Shown in pieces: positions 53,472 to 63,735 of a stretch of 64,000 nucleotides of DNA. Every line of letters starts with the position of its first letter. The first letter of the stretch is position 1. Under the pieces are notes generated by a model, which was not told the DNA's origin, ran no database searches, and saw nothing but the letters and a program-made list of their open reading frames with translations. Made by a program: the position numbers and the translations under genes. The stretch is from contig OY970368.1 of the NCBI GenBank assembly GCA_963718615.1, positions 640,001 through 704,000 on the forward strand, read 5' to 3'. This DNA is from an uncultured cyanobacterium (GTDB taxonomy: Bacteria > Cyanobacteriota > Cyanobacteriia > PCC-9006 > JAAUQQ01).

Positions 53472-54752
53472 ATGCGAATAGCCTACCAATATCGACTGCA
53501 ACCAACCTACGAACAGCGGTGTCAGATGAGCTGCTGGCTTGATATGTTGCGGCACCAGTACAACTGGTTGCTGGCAGATCGCTTTGATTGGTGGGAGATG
53601 AACCGCTGCCCAGTCAACGCTTGCCCGCTGGTGACGAGTATCGCTGAGCTACGGGAGCGGCCCAACTACTACAGTCAGAAGCGGTCATTGGTACCCCTAA
53701 AGGGTGAACGGCCTTGGTACAAAGAGGTTCACTCCCAAGTCCTTCAGGACATGGTGAAGCGGGTTAACTTGGCGTTTGAGCGATTCATCAAGGGCGATAG
53801 CTCGGGCAAGCGTAGTGGCAAGCCCCGGTTCAAGGGGCAGCACCGCTATCGCACGTTCACCTATCCCCAGGCAAGTCACGACTGGCTAGACGGCAACCGT
53901 GTCATGCTGCCTAAGATTGGGGCAGTGAAGTTCATCTGCCACAGGCCATTACCTGAAGGGTTCGCGCTCAAGACGGTGGCAATCTCGCTCAAGGCCGATG
54001 GTTGGTACATCACGTTCTCCCTAGAGGACAAGTCGGTGCCAGAAAATCCCCTGCCTGAGGTTGTCCCGACCGAGGCAAACAGCATCGGGGTTGATGCTGG
54101 GTTGGAGTATTTCGTCGCTTGTTCAGACGGCACCACGAAGACGCCACCCAAGTTCTACCGCCAAGCTGAAGAAAGGCTGGCCAAGCTTCAGGCGAAGCGT
54201 GAACTGAGGCCCAAAGGGTCGAAGGCGCGGCGAAAGCTGAATGCCAAAATTGCCAGGTTGCACCAGCGCATTGCTAGGCAGCGGCGGCAATGGCATTTTG
54301 AAACGGCTGGCGAGTTGGTTGCCAAAGCTGATGTGATTTTTGTGGAGGATCTGCAAGTTGCCAACATGACCCGCCGCTGCAAGCCGAAGCAGAGTGAGGG
54401 CGGCGGTTTCTTGCCCAACGGTCAGGCGGCCAAGTCTGGGTTGAATAAAAGTTTTGCTGATGCTGGGATAGCGGGGTTCCTAACCAACATCCTTCCGTAC
54501 AAAGCTGAGAAAGCTAGGCGGCTGGTCGTGAAAGTTAACCCCGCTGGGACATCCCAGCATTGTGCAATTTGCCTGAACCGAGTACCAAAGGAGTTATCCG
54601 ACCGCTGGCATGATTGCCCCCACTGTGGAGCCTCTATGCCGCGAGACGTGAATTCTGGAGTACTCATCAGAAAAGTGGGCCTGGGGCATCGGCTCACTAT
54701 AAAACGCGAATCTGGGGCAACCCGGAGGAGAAGCCCGCGCCGTACCGCCTAA
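53472..54752 (+). CDS. tnpB: RNA-guided endonuclease TnpB
   Basis: RuvC motifs GVDAG, VEDL and RDVN, and zinc finger CAIC...CPHC all present. Confidence 0.95.
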   Translation: MRIAYQYRLQPTYEQRCQMSCWLDMLRHQYNWLLADRFDWWEMNRCPVNACPLVTSIAELRERPNYYSQKRSLVPLKGERPWYKEVHSQVLQDMVKRVNLAFERFIKGDSSGKRSGKPRFKGQHRYRTFTYPQASHDWLDGNRVMLPKIGAVKFICHRPLPEGFALKTVAISLKADGWYITFSLEDKSVPENPLPEVVPTEANSIGVDAGLEYFVACSDGTTKTPPKFYRQAEERLAKLQAKRELRPKGSKARRKLNAKIARLHQRIARQRRQWHFETAGELVAKADVIFVEDLQVANMTRRCKPKQSEGGGFLPNGQAAKSGLNKSFADAGIAGFLTNILPYKAEKARRLVVKVNPAGTSQHCAICLNRVPKELSDRWHDCPHCGASMPRDVNSGVLIRKVGLGHRLTIKRESGATRRRSPRRTA

Positions 54753-54817
54753 GCGGTCGGCGTCGGGAGTATGTCACTGGAGTCTCTAGAATGGCGGTAG
54801 TGATGAGGAGATGGGGT

Positions 54818-55060
54818 ATGAGAACGTTTGAGGCGCAGGTGACGGTTTCGGCGGATCGGCGGTTGATGATTGAGCTGCCGGAGGGCGTTGAGGCGGGGAG
54901 CTATCAGATCGTGGTGGTGATGAATCGGAGTGATGAGGTGCAGGCGGAACCTCAGGCGAGGCGGGGGCTGGATGGGTTGGCGGGTCGGGTGCGATCGTTT
55001 GCGGCGGTGGATGCGGTGAGCTGGCAGCGGCAGGTGAGGTCTGAGTGGAATGACGCTTGA
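54818..55060 (+). CDS. Putative antitoxin (VapB-position partner)
   Basis: 80 aa, GAGGAG Shine-Dalgarno, C-terminal WQRQVRSEW, overlaps the PIN gene. Confidence 0.7.
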   Translation: MRTFEAQVTVSADRRLMIELPEGVEAGSYQIVVVMNRSDEVQAEPQARRGLDGLAGRVRSFAAVDAVSWQRQVRSEWNDA

Positions 55061-55421
55061 CTATGTTTTGGATACGAACATTTTTATTCTGCTGTTCAAT
55101 GACCAGTTGGCTGAGCCAATCCCGGAGGGGCGTTTAGGCTTTTCTGTGATTACGGAGATTGAGCTGCTGTCGTTTGCGGGGCTGGCTGAGGAAGATGAGC
55201 GGCTGATTCGTCAGGAGTTGCAGGTGTTGGAGCGGGTGCCTTTGGATGAGGCGGTGAGTGAACGGGCGATCGCCCTACGCAGGCGCTCTCGGCTGAGGAC
55301 ACCGGATGCGATCGTGGCGGCGAGTGCTGAGGCAACGGAGGCGATGCTGTTGACGAATGATCAGCAGTTGCTGGCGGTGGAGGGGATTCGGGCGCAGGCG
55401 TTGAGAATGCGGGGGGAGTAA
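55050..55421 (+). CDS. vapC: VapC-family PIN-domain toxin
   Basis: VLDTNIFI, SVITEIE, PDAIVAASA, LLTND. Confidence 0.9.
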   Translation: MTLDYVLDTNIFILLFNDQLAEPIPEGRLGFSVITEIELLSFAGLAEEDERLIRQELQVLERVPLDEAVSERAIALRRRSRLRTPDAIVAASAEATEAMLLTNDQQLLAVEGIRAQALRMRGE

Positions 55422-55490
55422 GCGATGGGATGGGTGCGATCGCTCTATCCGGCGCTGGGAGGTTTAGAGTAATTTTGAGGAGCTGAATTT

Positions 55491-56756
55491 ATGAGTTGGA
55501 AGTCATTGCTTATCGGCAACTTGGTGGAGGAAGGGCATATCGATATCCAGACAGGACCCTTTGGAACTCAGCTCAAAGCTTCTGAATATACCGAAATAGG
55601 AACTCCTGTGATCAATGTTCGTAATATTGGTTACTCCAGTTTACGAGCTGACAAATTAGAATTTGTACCTGAACAAAAGCGAGATCAGCTAGCGCAACAT
55701 GTTCTATTAGAAAACGATATTGTTTTTGGGCGTAAGGGAGCAGTTGATAGACATCTTTTTGTACAAGAAGAACAATCAGGTTGGGTCCAGGGTTCAGATT
55801 GTATTCGGTTGAGATTTCTATCTAATAAGATTAGTCCAAGATTTATTTCTTATCTTTTTTTGCTTGATTCTCATAAAGAGTGGATGCTGACCCAGTGCTC
55901 TAATAAAGCTACGATGGCATCCTTAAATCAAGATGTTATCAAGCGGATACCTGTAAAGATTCCGAATGAAACAACTCAAGAAAAAATCGTTGAATTTTTG
56001 TCAAATTATGACGACCTCATCGACAACAACAACCGCCGCATCGCCCTGCTAGAGGAAGCCGTGCATCGCCTGTACCGCGAGTGGTTTGTGCATTTGCGCT
56101 TTCCGGGGCATGAGCGGGTGGCGGTGGTTGATGGGGTGCCGGAGGGGTGGGAAAAGATAGCTTTAGGAGAGATCGCAGACCGCTATAACGGAATTGTTCA
56201 AACTGGTCCTTTCGGCTCTCAGCTTCATAAAAGTGATTATGTTGAGCAAGGTATTCCAGTGGTCATGCCGAAAAATATTAAAGGAGACAAGATAGCTTTA
56301 GATACGATCGCTTTTATCGATGAAGCAACTGCTACTCGCTTGTCAAGACATATCTTAAATATTGGAGATATCGTATTTCCACGTCGCGGTGACTTGAATA
56401 AAAGGGCTTTAATATCAAAAAATGAAGCAGGATATTTATGTGGAACAGGATGCTTAAAGATAAGCATTCCTCAGCAAAAATTATCTTCGCTTTACCTGTT
56501 TAATTATCTAAGAGGTCAGGAAGCTGTCAATTTTATTAATAACAATGCAGTCGGGGCTACTATGGCTAACTTGAGTGCAGGAATTCTGAAATCTTTGCCA
56601 GTCCTTCTGCCGCACAAAAATGTACAAAAGCACTTTGAGAAAATAACAAGTCCTGTCTTTGAACAGACTAATTTGTTGCATAGCCAAAATGTTTTATTGC
56701 GCGAAGCCCGCGATCGCCTCCTCCCCCGCCTGATGAACGGCAGCATCACCGTCTAA
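55491..56756 (+). CDS. hsdS: Type I R-M specificity subunit HsdS (intact, two TRDs)
   Basis: Central DDLIDNNNRRIALLEE...EWFVHLRFPG...VPEGW; C-terminal REARDRLLPRLMNG. Confidence 0.94.
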   Translation: MSWKSLLIGNLVEEGHIDIQTGPFGTQLKASEYTEIGTPVINVRNIGYSSLRADKLEFVPEQKRDQLAQHVLLENDIVFGRKGAVDRHLFVQEEQSGWVQGSDCIRLRFLSNKISPRFISYLFLLDSHKEWMLTQCSNKATMASLNQDVIKRIPVKIPNETTQEKIVEFLSNYDDLIDNNNRRIALLEEAVHRLYREWFVHLRFPGHERVAVVDGVPEGWEKIALGEIADRYNGIVQTGPFGSQLHKSDYVEQGIPVVMPKNIKGDKIALDTIAFIDEATATRLSRHILNIGDIVFPRRGDLNKRALISKNEAGYLCGTGCLKISIPQQKLSSLYLFNYLRGQEAVNFINNNAVGATMANLSAGILKSLPVLLPHKNVQKHFEKITSPVFEQTNLLHSQNVLLREARDRLLPRLMNGSITV

Positions 56757-59148
56757 AATCACAACCGCCCGGAGTCTTAATCGCTACTCTTGTAGAAAAG
56801 AAAGATCCGTAAGACCCACCGGGCCACCCCATGAGCGCCGAATACTCCGAAGACAAACTCGTCCAAGAAACCTACGCCGACTACTTCGAGCAAAGCCTCG
56901 GCTGGCAAAGCATCTTTGCCTACAACGACGAAACCCTCGGACCCACCGGCACCTTAGGCCGCACCAGCCAAACCGAAACCCTCCTGCTGCGCCCCCTCCG
57001 CGCCGCCCTAGAACGCCTCAACCCCGGCCACCCCGCCACCGCCTACGACCAGGCCATCGAAAGCGTCACAAGCTACAACCCCTCCACCCCCCTGCTCAAA
57101 ATCAACCAGAGCAAACACCAGCTCCTGCGCGACGGCATCCCCGTCAAATACGACGACCCCACCAGCGGCGACCCCCTCGAACCCCGCCTCAAAGTCATCG
57201 ACTTCGACCAGCCCGACCAAAACGAATTTCTCATCGTCCGCGAACTCTGGATTCAAGGCCCCTACAAACGCTGCCGCCCCGATATCCTCGGCTTCGTCAA
57301 CGGCATTCCCCTCCTGTTCATCGAACTCAAACGCACCGACAAAAAACTCCAAACCGCCTACGACCAAAACCTGACCAACTACAAGCAATACATCCCCGAA
57401 CTCTTCCACCACAACGCCTTTTGCATCCTCAGCAACGGCGACAGAGCCCGTGTCGGCACCTTCGCCAGCCCCTACGCCTTCTTCAACGAGTGGAAACGCC
57501 TCGACGAAGACGAAGTGGGCCGCGTAGACTTCGAGACGATGCTCATGGGCATCTGTGACAAACGCAACTTCCTGGACCTGGTGGAAAACTTCATCCTGTT
57601 TGACGACAGCAGCGGCGAACTCGTCAAAATCCTGGCCCGCAATCATCAGTTCCTCGGCGTCAACCGCGTTATTCAGCGCATCCAAGAGCGGCGGACACTC
57701 CGGGACAGTGAGGATCCAAAGGTTCAGGAAGCGATCAAACGCCTCGGCGTCTTTTGGCACACCCAGGGCAGCGGCAAGTCCTACTCCATGGTCTTCCTAA
57801 CCGAAAAAGTCCACCGCAAAATCGGCGGCTACTCCTTCCTCATCGTCACCGATCGCCAAGAACTCGACCGCCAAATCGCCGAAACCTACGTCGGCACCGG
57901 AGCGGTCCAGGCCACCGCTGGCAAACAACTCCCCAACCAAGCCACCAGCGGCGAAAGCCTCAAAACCCTGCTCCAGGGCAACCAACGCTACGTCTTCAGC
58001 TTGATTCACAAATTCAACCAAGACATTGCCGACAATGACCCCGTGGGCTATAGCGACAGAGACAACATCATCGTCATCTCCGACGAGGCCCACCGCACCC
58101 AGTACGGCAAGCTCGCCGTCAACATGCGCAAGGCCCTCCCCAACGCCGCCTTTATCGGCTTCACCGGCACGCCCCTGATGGAATCCGAAGAAGACCAGAA
58201 GACCCGCGAAGTCTTTGGCGACTACGTTTCGGTGTATGACTTCCAGCGGGCGATCGAAGACGAGGCCACCGTGCCGCTCTACTACGACAACCGAGGCGAG
58301 AAGCTGGAGATCACCACCGATGAGGTCAACGAGCGGGTGGCTGAAAAGCTAGAGGAACATGACCTCAGCGAAGCAGACGAGGCGCGACTGATGCGGCGGC
58401 TGGGGGGTGACTACGCTGTGATTACGGCTCAAGAGCGGCTAGAGCATATCGCGCAGGACTTGGTGAAGCACTTTTGCGATCGCTGGCAAACCGGCAAAGC
58501 CATGCTCGTCTGCATCGACAAAATCACCACGGTCAAGATGCACGCTCTGATCGATCAGTACTGGAAGCAAGAAATCAAAGCCCAAGAAAAGTTAGTTCGC
58601 AAGGCAACCGATGAGCAGGACAAACAGGACCAGCAGCGCAAGCTCGATTGGCTGAAAGAAACCGAATACCACGTCGTGATCAGCAAAGCCGCCGATGAGG
58701 TCAAGGTGTTTCGGGATCATGAGCTGGATATTGTGCCCCACCGGCAAGTGATGGAGCAGCGAGATTTGGAAACCGAGTTTCGCAAAGATGATCATCCCTT
58801 TCGGCTGGCGATCGTCTGTGCCATGTGGCTCACCGGGTTTGATGTGCCCAGCCTCGCCACGCTCTACATGGACAAGGCCATGCGCGGCCACACGCTGATG
58901 CAGACGATCGCCCGCGCCAACCGCGTTTCTGAAGGCAAGAACAACGGCCTGCTCGTGGACTACAGCGGTATCCTCAAAAGCTTCCGCGCTGCCCTGGCCA
59001 AGTATGGCAAGGCAGCGGTGGAACAGACACAAGGTAATCGCCTCACCGCCCAAGAAGCTGGAGGAACGTATTCAGTGGGCGACAAGAATGCTCCCTACAA
59101 CGCCATGGAAAAGCTGCGGGACGACTACGCCGCAGCCGTGCAAGCCTG

Positions 59149-60423
59149 TGAAGTGACCCCCAAAACCTGAACAGAAGCGAGAGAGAGTAAGCTAAAGTCT
59201 AGGAGGCAAAAGGGTCATGGCAAAAAGACAGAGAAATTACAGCAGCGAGTTCAAGGCCAAGGTGGTACTGGAAATGGTCAGCGGCCAGCGGTCGCCGACG
59301 GAGGCAAGTCGAGCTCATAAGGTCCATCTATCAGTGCTATGCCGGTGGAAGAATGAATTTCTCAAGCAGGCCCATCGAGCATTTGAAGGGAAAGAATCAA
59401 ATGACGAAGCCTCAGAGAGAATAAGCGAATTAGAAAGAATGATAGGTCGATTGACAATGGAGCTGGAAGTGTCAAAAAAAGCTTCGGATGTGTGGAACCT
59501 GAGCGGAAACGGAAAATGATAGAGGAGTTCAAGGAAGACTATCCCATTCAAATTATTTGCGATGTGATTGGATACAGTCGAAGCCGATATTACTACAAGC
59601 CGAAGTCAGAGAAAGAAGATGAAGACGAAAAGCTCAGAGTAGCGATTATCGAAGTTGCAGGAAGATATCCGACTTACGGTTACAGACGGATAACGAAACA
59701 ACTTCAGCGAGAAGGATGGAGTGTCAACCATAAGCGAGTGAGTCGTCTGATGAGGCAGTTAGGTCTACTAGCTCAAAAGCGGGTGAGGCGGAAGCGAACG
59801 ACGAACAGTGTGCATGGCTATCGGCGTTATCCAAATCTGGAGAAAGGGCTGTTGGTAATGCGTCCTGAGCAGGTGTGGGTGGCGGACATCACCTATATCC
59901 GCTTGAAGGAGGAGTTTGTCTATCTGGCAGTGGTGATGGATGTATTCACCCGCAGTATACGAGGATGGCACCTGGATAAGACAATGGAGAAGAGCTTGAC
60001 GATAACAGCACTGGAGAAGGGATTGATGAAAGCAATTCCCGAGATACATCATTCAGATCAAGGGGTGCAATATGCAGCGAATGACTATGTAAAAATGTTG
60101 GAAGAACACAACGTTAAGATTAGTATGGCAGCTATCGGGAAAGCCTGGGAGAATGGATATGCGGAAAGATTAATGAGAACGATCAAAGAAGAGGAAGTAG
60201 ACCTATCAGAATACCGAAACTTTAGTGAGGTCTATGAGCGAATAGAAGAGTTTCTAGAGGAAGTGTATATGAAGAAAAGAATCCACTCGTCATTGAGCTA
60301 TTTGACACCGGCTGAATTTGAAGAAAAGTGGATGCGCGGGCAACAGAATGCAGAAGTGTGATAAAAGTAAAACAACTCTCGCTTAGGCCAGATCTTTCTG
60401 TCCAAAGGAAGGGGTTCACTTCA
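59149..60423 (+). mobile_element. IS3-family insertion sequence, 1275 bp, 3-bp target-site duplication CTG
   Basis: TG...CA ends; 26-bp inverted repeats with 18/26 matches; CTG at 59146-59148 and 60424-60426. Confidence 0.95.
59217..60361 (+). CDS. IS3 transposase OrfA (59217-59519) and OrfB (59516-60361), with a probable -1 programmed frameshift
   Basis: A7G slippery site at 59474-59481; DDE motifs WVADITY, HSDQG, AERL. Confidence 0.9.
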
Positions 60424-61419
60424 CTGCACCGACCACCTGGCCAATCTGGGCTTTGACCTCAACCAGCTCATAGAGGCCGAGGGCATCGACAAAATCATGC
60501 TCCTGAGTGACACTGGCCCTGCCCTCAATGCCATCTGCACCAACGATGAAAGCCGCATCCGCTTTGAAGTGCTGACCCAGGACCTGATGCGGAAGCACAA
60601 GGCCCTATCCGGTCGGTTCGATCTACTGCAACCCTACAACCGCTGCTACAACGCCCTGGAAGCGCTGTACAAAAAGCTGCTAGAGATGCGGCGTTCTGAC
60701 ACCGACCTAGGCGAGATTTTTCGGGAGATTTGCGCGGAAGTGGGGGAGACCATTACTGTCAAAGCAACCCAGGCTCCCGGTGCTGAATCTGAGCAGATCT
60801 ATGACCTGAGCAAGATTGACTTTGAGCGGCTCAAGGCTGAGTTTGCCAAGTCCACAGCAAAGAAAGTTCAGGTGCAAGAGGTGAAGGACGCGATCGCAAA
60901 ACGCCTCGCAAATCTGATGCAGCAGAATCCCCAGAGCAAAGAGCGTCGGGACCTCCAGGCCCGTTACCAGGAAATCATCAGCAACTACAACCGCGAGACC
61001 GATCGCGTCACCATCGAGCAAACCTTTGAAGAACTGCTGCGACTGGTCGAAGCCCTCGACGACGAGGAGAAACGCCACGTCCGCGAGGGCCTCACCGAGC
61101 CAGACCTCGCCCTGTTTGATATCCTCTGTAACTACAAGCAGGGCATCAAATCCAGTACCCGCGATCGCCTAAAGCAAGTGGCTCAGTCGTTGCTGCAAAC
61201 CATTCAGCAGAAGCTGCAAGAGCTGGAAAACTGGCAGCAGAAAGAGACGACTCAATCCGATATTAAAACCCTGATTTACGATCATCTCTACAGCGAGGAA
61301 ACGGGGTTGCCGGTGGATGACTTTGAAGATGAGGACGTGAAAGAATTGTCTAAAGTAATCTTTCTGCATATCTATCAGCATCCTCCTGTGGCAGGAGTGG
61401 ATAAATCAAAGACAGCGGC

Positions 61420-61665
61420 TTAACGTATTGATTCTAGAAAAGCCATTGCTCCAATTCCAATGATGGATACTCCCATCAGTTTTCCAAGGAGTGGCCAAAC
61501 AAAGCCAATGAGAAAATCAGAGATCTCAGTTGCTTCTAGAATCTGGCCCAAAGAGCCCACAAGAATAAGGCCTAAGAGCGAAAAAAGCAAAAATCTAGAA
61601 AAGTAGCCCGATAGCCTAACGAAATGACTATCTGTGTAAATCGGTCGATTACGCTTGCCTTGCAT
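61420..61665 (-). CDS. Small hypothetical membrane protein
   Basis: 81 aa with two hydrophobic segments. Confidence 0.5.
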   Translation of the reverse strand: MQGKRNRPIYTDSHFVRLSGYFSRFLLFSLLGLILVGSLGQILEATEISDFLIGFVWPLLGKLMGVSIIGIGAMAFLESIR

Positions 61666-62104
61666 AGCTGAAAGCCCCTATGAGTTAACGATTTTGCCGG
61701 AGAGCGATCGCAGGTGATTACGCGGTAATTCACGACAACGACGAGTTCTGGAGATGGAGTGGCGCGGTTGCCAAGATGCTCGGGAAGTGCGGCGATGGCG
61801 ATCGTCACTGAAGTTGATACTCATGCTTCATTCTGAAAGAAAAACTGCTAGAAATTGAAAAAGAGTAAGTGCATCACTTAATACAAAAGTGATTTTTTGA
61901 TTGAAAATGTGACCATTTTTGATTGACTTTCTCCATTTCAATGTCACTGCTTAGTTGTGATAAAAAAGCTAATTTTGTGATTTGAATGTATGAATTTAGA
62001 CAGGCCATGAGTATGGGTCACAGTCTTGCTCAAAATCGCACAATACAGTGTACGTAGCCTTGACGAGGTTGCGTTTTCACTTCCACTGATCGGAGGACTG
62101 CCTC

Positions 62105-62341
62105 ATGTTTGGCATCAAATCTCTCAAGATCCTCTTTGATAGTTTAGGGAAACCTTCCGAGCAAAATAGTGAAGCCGTTGCCGTGGTTCTCATCCACGCA
62201 ATGTCTATCGTTTTCTACGTCATTTTTCAAACGGTCGCTGTGTTGCCGCTCATGCACCATCACCCCTCTGAGCCAGAACCTATCGTTGACTCCTGCCTTG
62301 CCCCGAAAATCCAAGCATCATCTCTCAGCTATGATTCCTAA
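62105..62341 (+). CDS. Small hypothetical membrane protein
   Basis: GGAGG Shine-Dalgarno, one hydrophobic segment, hairpin downstream. Confidence 0.45.
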   Translation: MFGIKSLKILFDSLGKPSEQNSEAVAVVLIHAMSIVFYVIFQTVAVLPLMHHHPSEPEPIVDSCLAPKIQASSLSYDS

Positions 62342-62554
62342 CTCCCCCTAACCCCAAAGCCCTGCCACACTGAATAATTGATGCAATCTGCCATGATTCC
62401 TCTAGGAGTGATGGCAGGTTGATCTGAAAGGACTCATCTACCCCATCGCCACCCGCTGCGACCTCCGCACCTGCCCCTCCAACCGCTTCAACCGCTGCTC
62501 CAGATTCACCGGCTCCGTCGTATCTCCCCGCAACAGCAGCGCCAGCGCATCACA

Positions 62555-62689
62555 CGATAATCTGAATTCGGTAACGCTTGGGGTGAACTGTTGAGCAGGA
62601 TTCAGACCGTTGAACTAAAAGAAGGTCAAACCGGCAATATCGTGGCTGCCGATTTGGCGAGCCTCACGGCCAAACACGTTGAAGACTAC
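62555..62689 (+). repeat. 135-bp direct repeat, copy 1 (upstream region and start of the GNAT gene)
   Basis: Matches 63736-63870 with 10 mismatches by manual alignment. Confidence 0.92.
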
Positions 62690-63187
62690 GACCAGTTCTG
62701 GCAGCCACTGCTGCGTGAATTCGGTGAAGACGACAAAGCCCTGAGCTGGCGGTTCAAACAGCAGCTCGCAGAGCGCCAACCCAACTGGGAATGCTACGCG
62801 ATCGAATACGAAGACCTAACCCAGGGCCTCATCTTGCTCGAAACCCAGTTCCATGGTTCCCAGTTTAATTGGGGGCAAAAGCTGGTCTACGTCGAAACCA
62901 TCATGACAGCACCTTGGAACCGACCTCGGATTCAGCGCCCGCCAGAATTTAAGGGCATCGGGAGACAGATGATGCAGTTTGCCCAACAGCGGAGCTTGGC
63001 CTTGGGCTATCAGGGACGGGTGGGATTACTGTCGTTGCCTGACGCAGTGGGGTTTTATGAACGGATCGGCATGACCCGTCTGGAGCTAGATCCTGAAGAT
63101 ATAGTAGATGCAGAGGAAAACTTACCCTATTTTGAATACAGAGCCCTGCGCCAATCTGAGGATCGCGACCATGACCCCGAGCCTTAA
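62591..63187 (+). CDS. GNAT-family N-acetyltransferase
   Basis: TAPWNR...FKGIGRQMM...SLPDAVGFYERIGM. Confidence 0.85.
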   Translation: MSRIQTVELKEGQTGNIVAADLASLTAKHVEDYDQFWQPLLREFGEDDKALSWRFKQQLAERQPNWECYAIEYEDLTQGLILLETQFHGSQFNWGQKLVYVETIMTAPWNRPRIQRPPEFKGIGRQMMQFAQQRSLALGYQGRVGLLSLPDAVGFYERIGMTRLELDPEDIVDAEENLPYFEYRALRQSEDRDHDPEP

Positions 63188-63692
63188 CCACACCTATCCA
63201 ACACCTGGGGAGCTGTCCGCCGAGGAATGGCAGCAACTGACCCAAGATTCTGCATGGCAGGCTGCTGTGGATGAGGCAGAGCAAGCGGCTGGTGGTGTCC
63301 TGGCGAATGGTTTCCAACAGCGGGGTTGGATGAAGACTTGGCCGGAGCTGCCAACCTATTCTCACTATATGCAGGTGCGATCGCTCGTCCTCCGGGGCTT
63401 CGATGCCATCCTGCGCGAAGGTAACCTCGGCGTCGGCTACCAGGCTGCTTCGGGCTGCGGCAAAACCTTGGTGTATGAGCGCTTTTTTGAACCTGGCGAA
63501 GCGGTCAAAGCGCGTCTTTTAGCCCTCCTAGAAGGTGAACTGCTGGGTCCACCGCCCGAGATGACACCGGAACGGTTGGCGGGGGTGCGGTCAGTCTTAC
63601 AGGAAGTGCTCACCGCAGAGGATTGGGAAAAGATTGCCCAGGCTGCGGCCCAGCAGGTGCAGCAGCAAGTGATGGATTTGCGGGTTGCGTAG
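63171..63692 (+). CDS. Hypothetical protein coupled to the GNAT gene
   Basis: ATG at 63171 overlaps the GNAT end; acidic and helical. Confidence 0.65.
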   Translation: MTPSLNHTYPTPGELSAEEWQQLTQDSAWQAAVDEAEQAAGGVLANGFQQRGWMKTWPELPTYSHYMQVRSLVLRGFDAILREGNLGVGYQAASGCGKTLVYERFFEPGEAVKARLLALLEGELLGPPPEMTPERLAGVRSVLQEVLTAEDWEKIAQAAAQQVQQQVMDLRVA

Positions 63693-63735
63693 CTCCCTGC
63701 ACCTAGCCCATCGCTACCGGCTCCCACGTATCACG

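Larger units (their letters stand above)
52936..54777. mobile_element. IS200/IS605-family element with divergent tnpA and tnpB
   Basis: Related subterminal hairpins at both ends (GAAGCCCCGCGC...GCGTCGGGA and GAAGCCCGCGCC...GCGTCGGGA); right end TCAC at 54774-54777; left boundary approximate. Confidence 0.9.
56831..61423 (+). pseudogene. hsdR: Type I R-M restriction subunit HsdR interrupted by IS3
   Basis: WHTQGSGKS, DEAH, FTGTP, MWLTGFD; removing the IS and one CTG restores the frame QAC-TDHLANLG into the 60497 ORF. Confidence 0.93.

Noticed and set aside
49996-54752. Sigma factor near tnpB as an RNA-guided transcription system (dCas12f-sigmaE or TldR-like)
   Set aside because: TnpB keeps all RuvC residues, sits with tnpA and IS ends, and is separated from the sigma gene by hsdM; the proximity looks incidental
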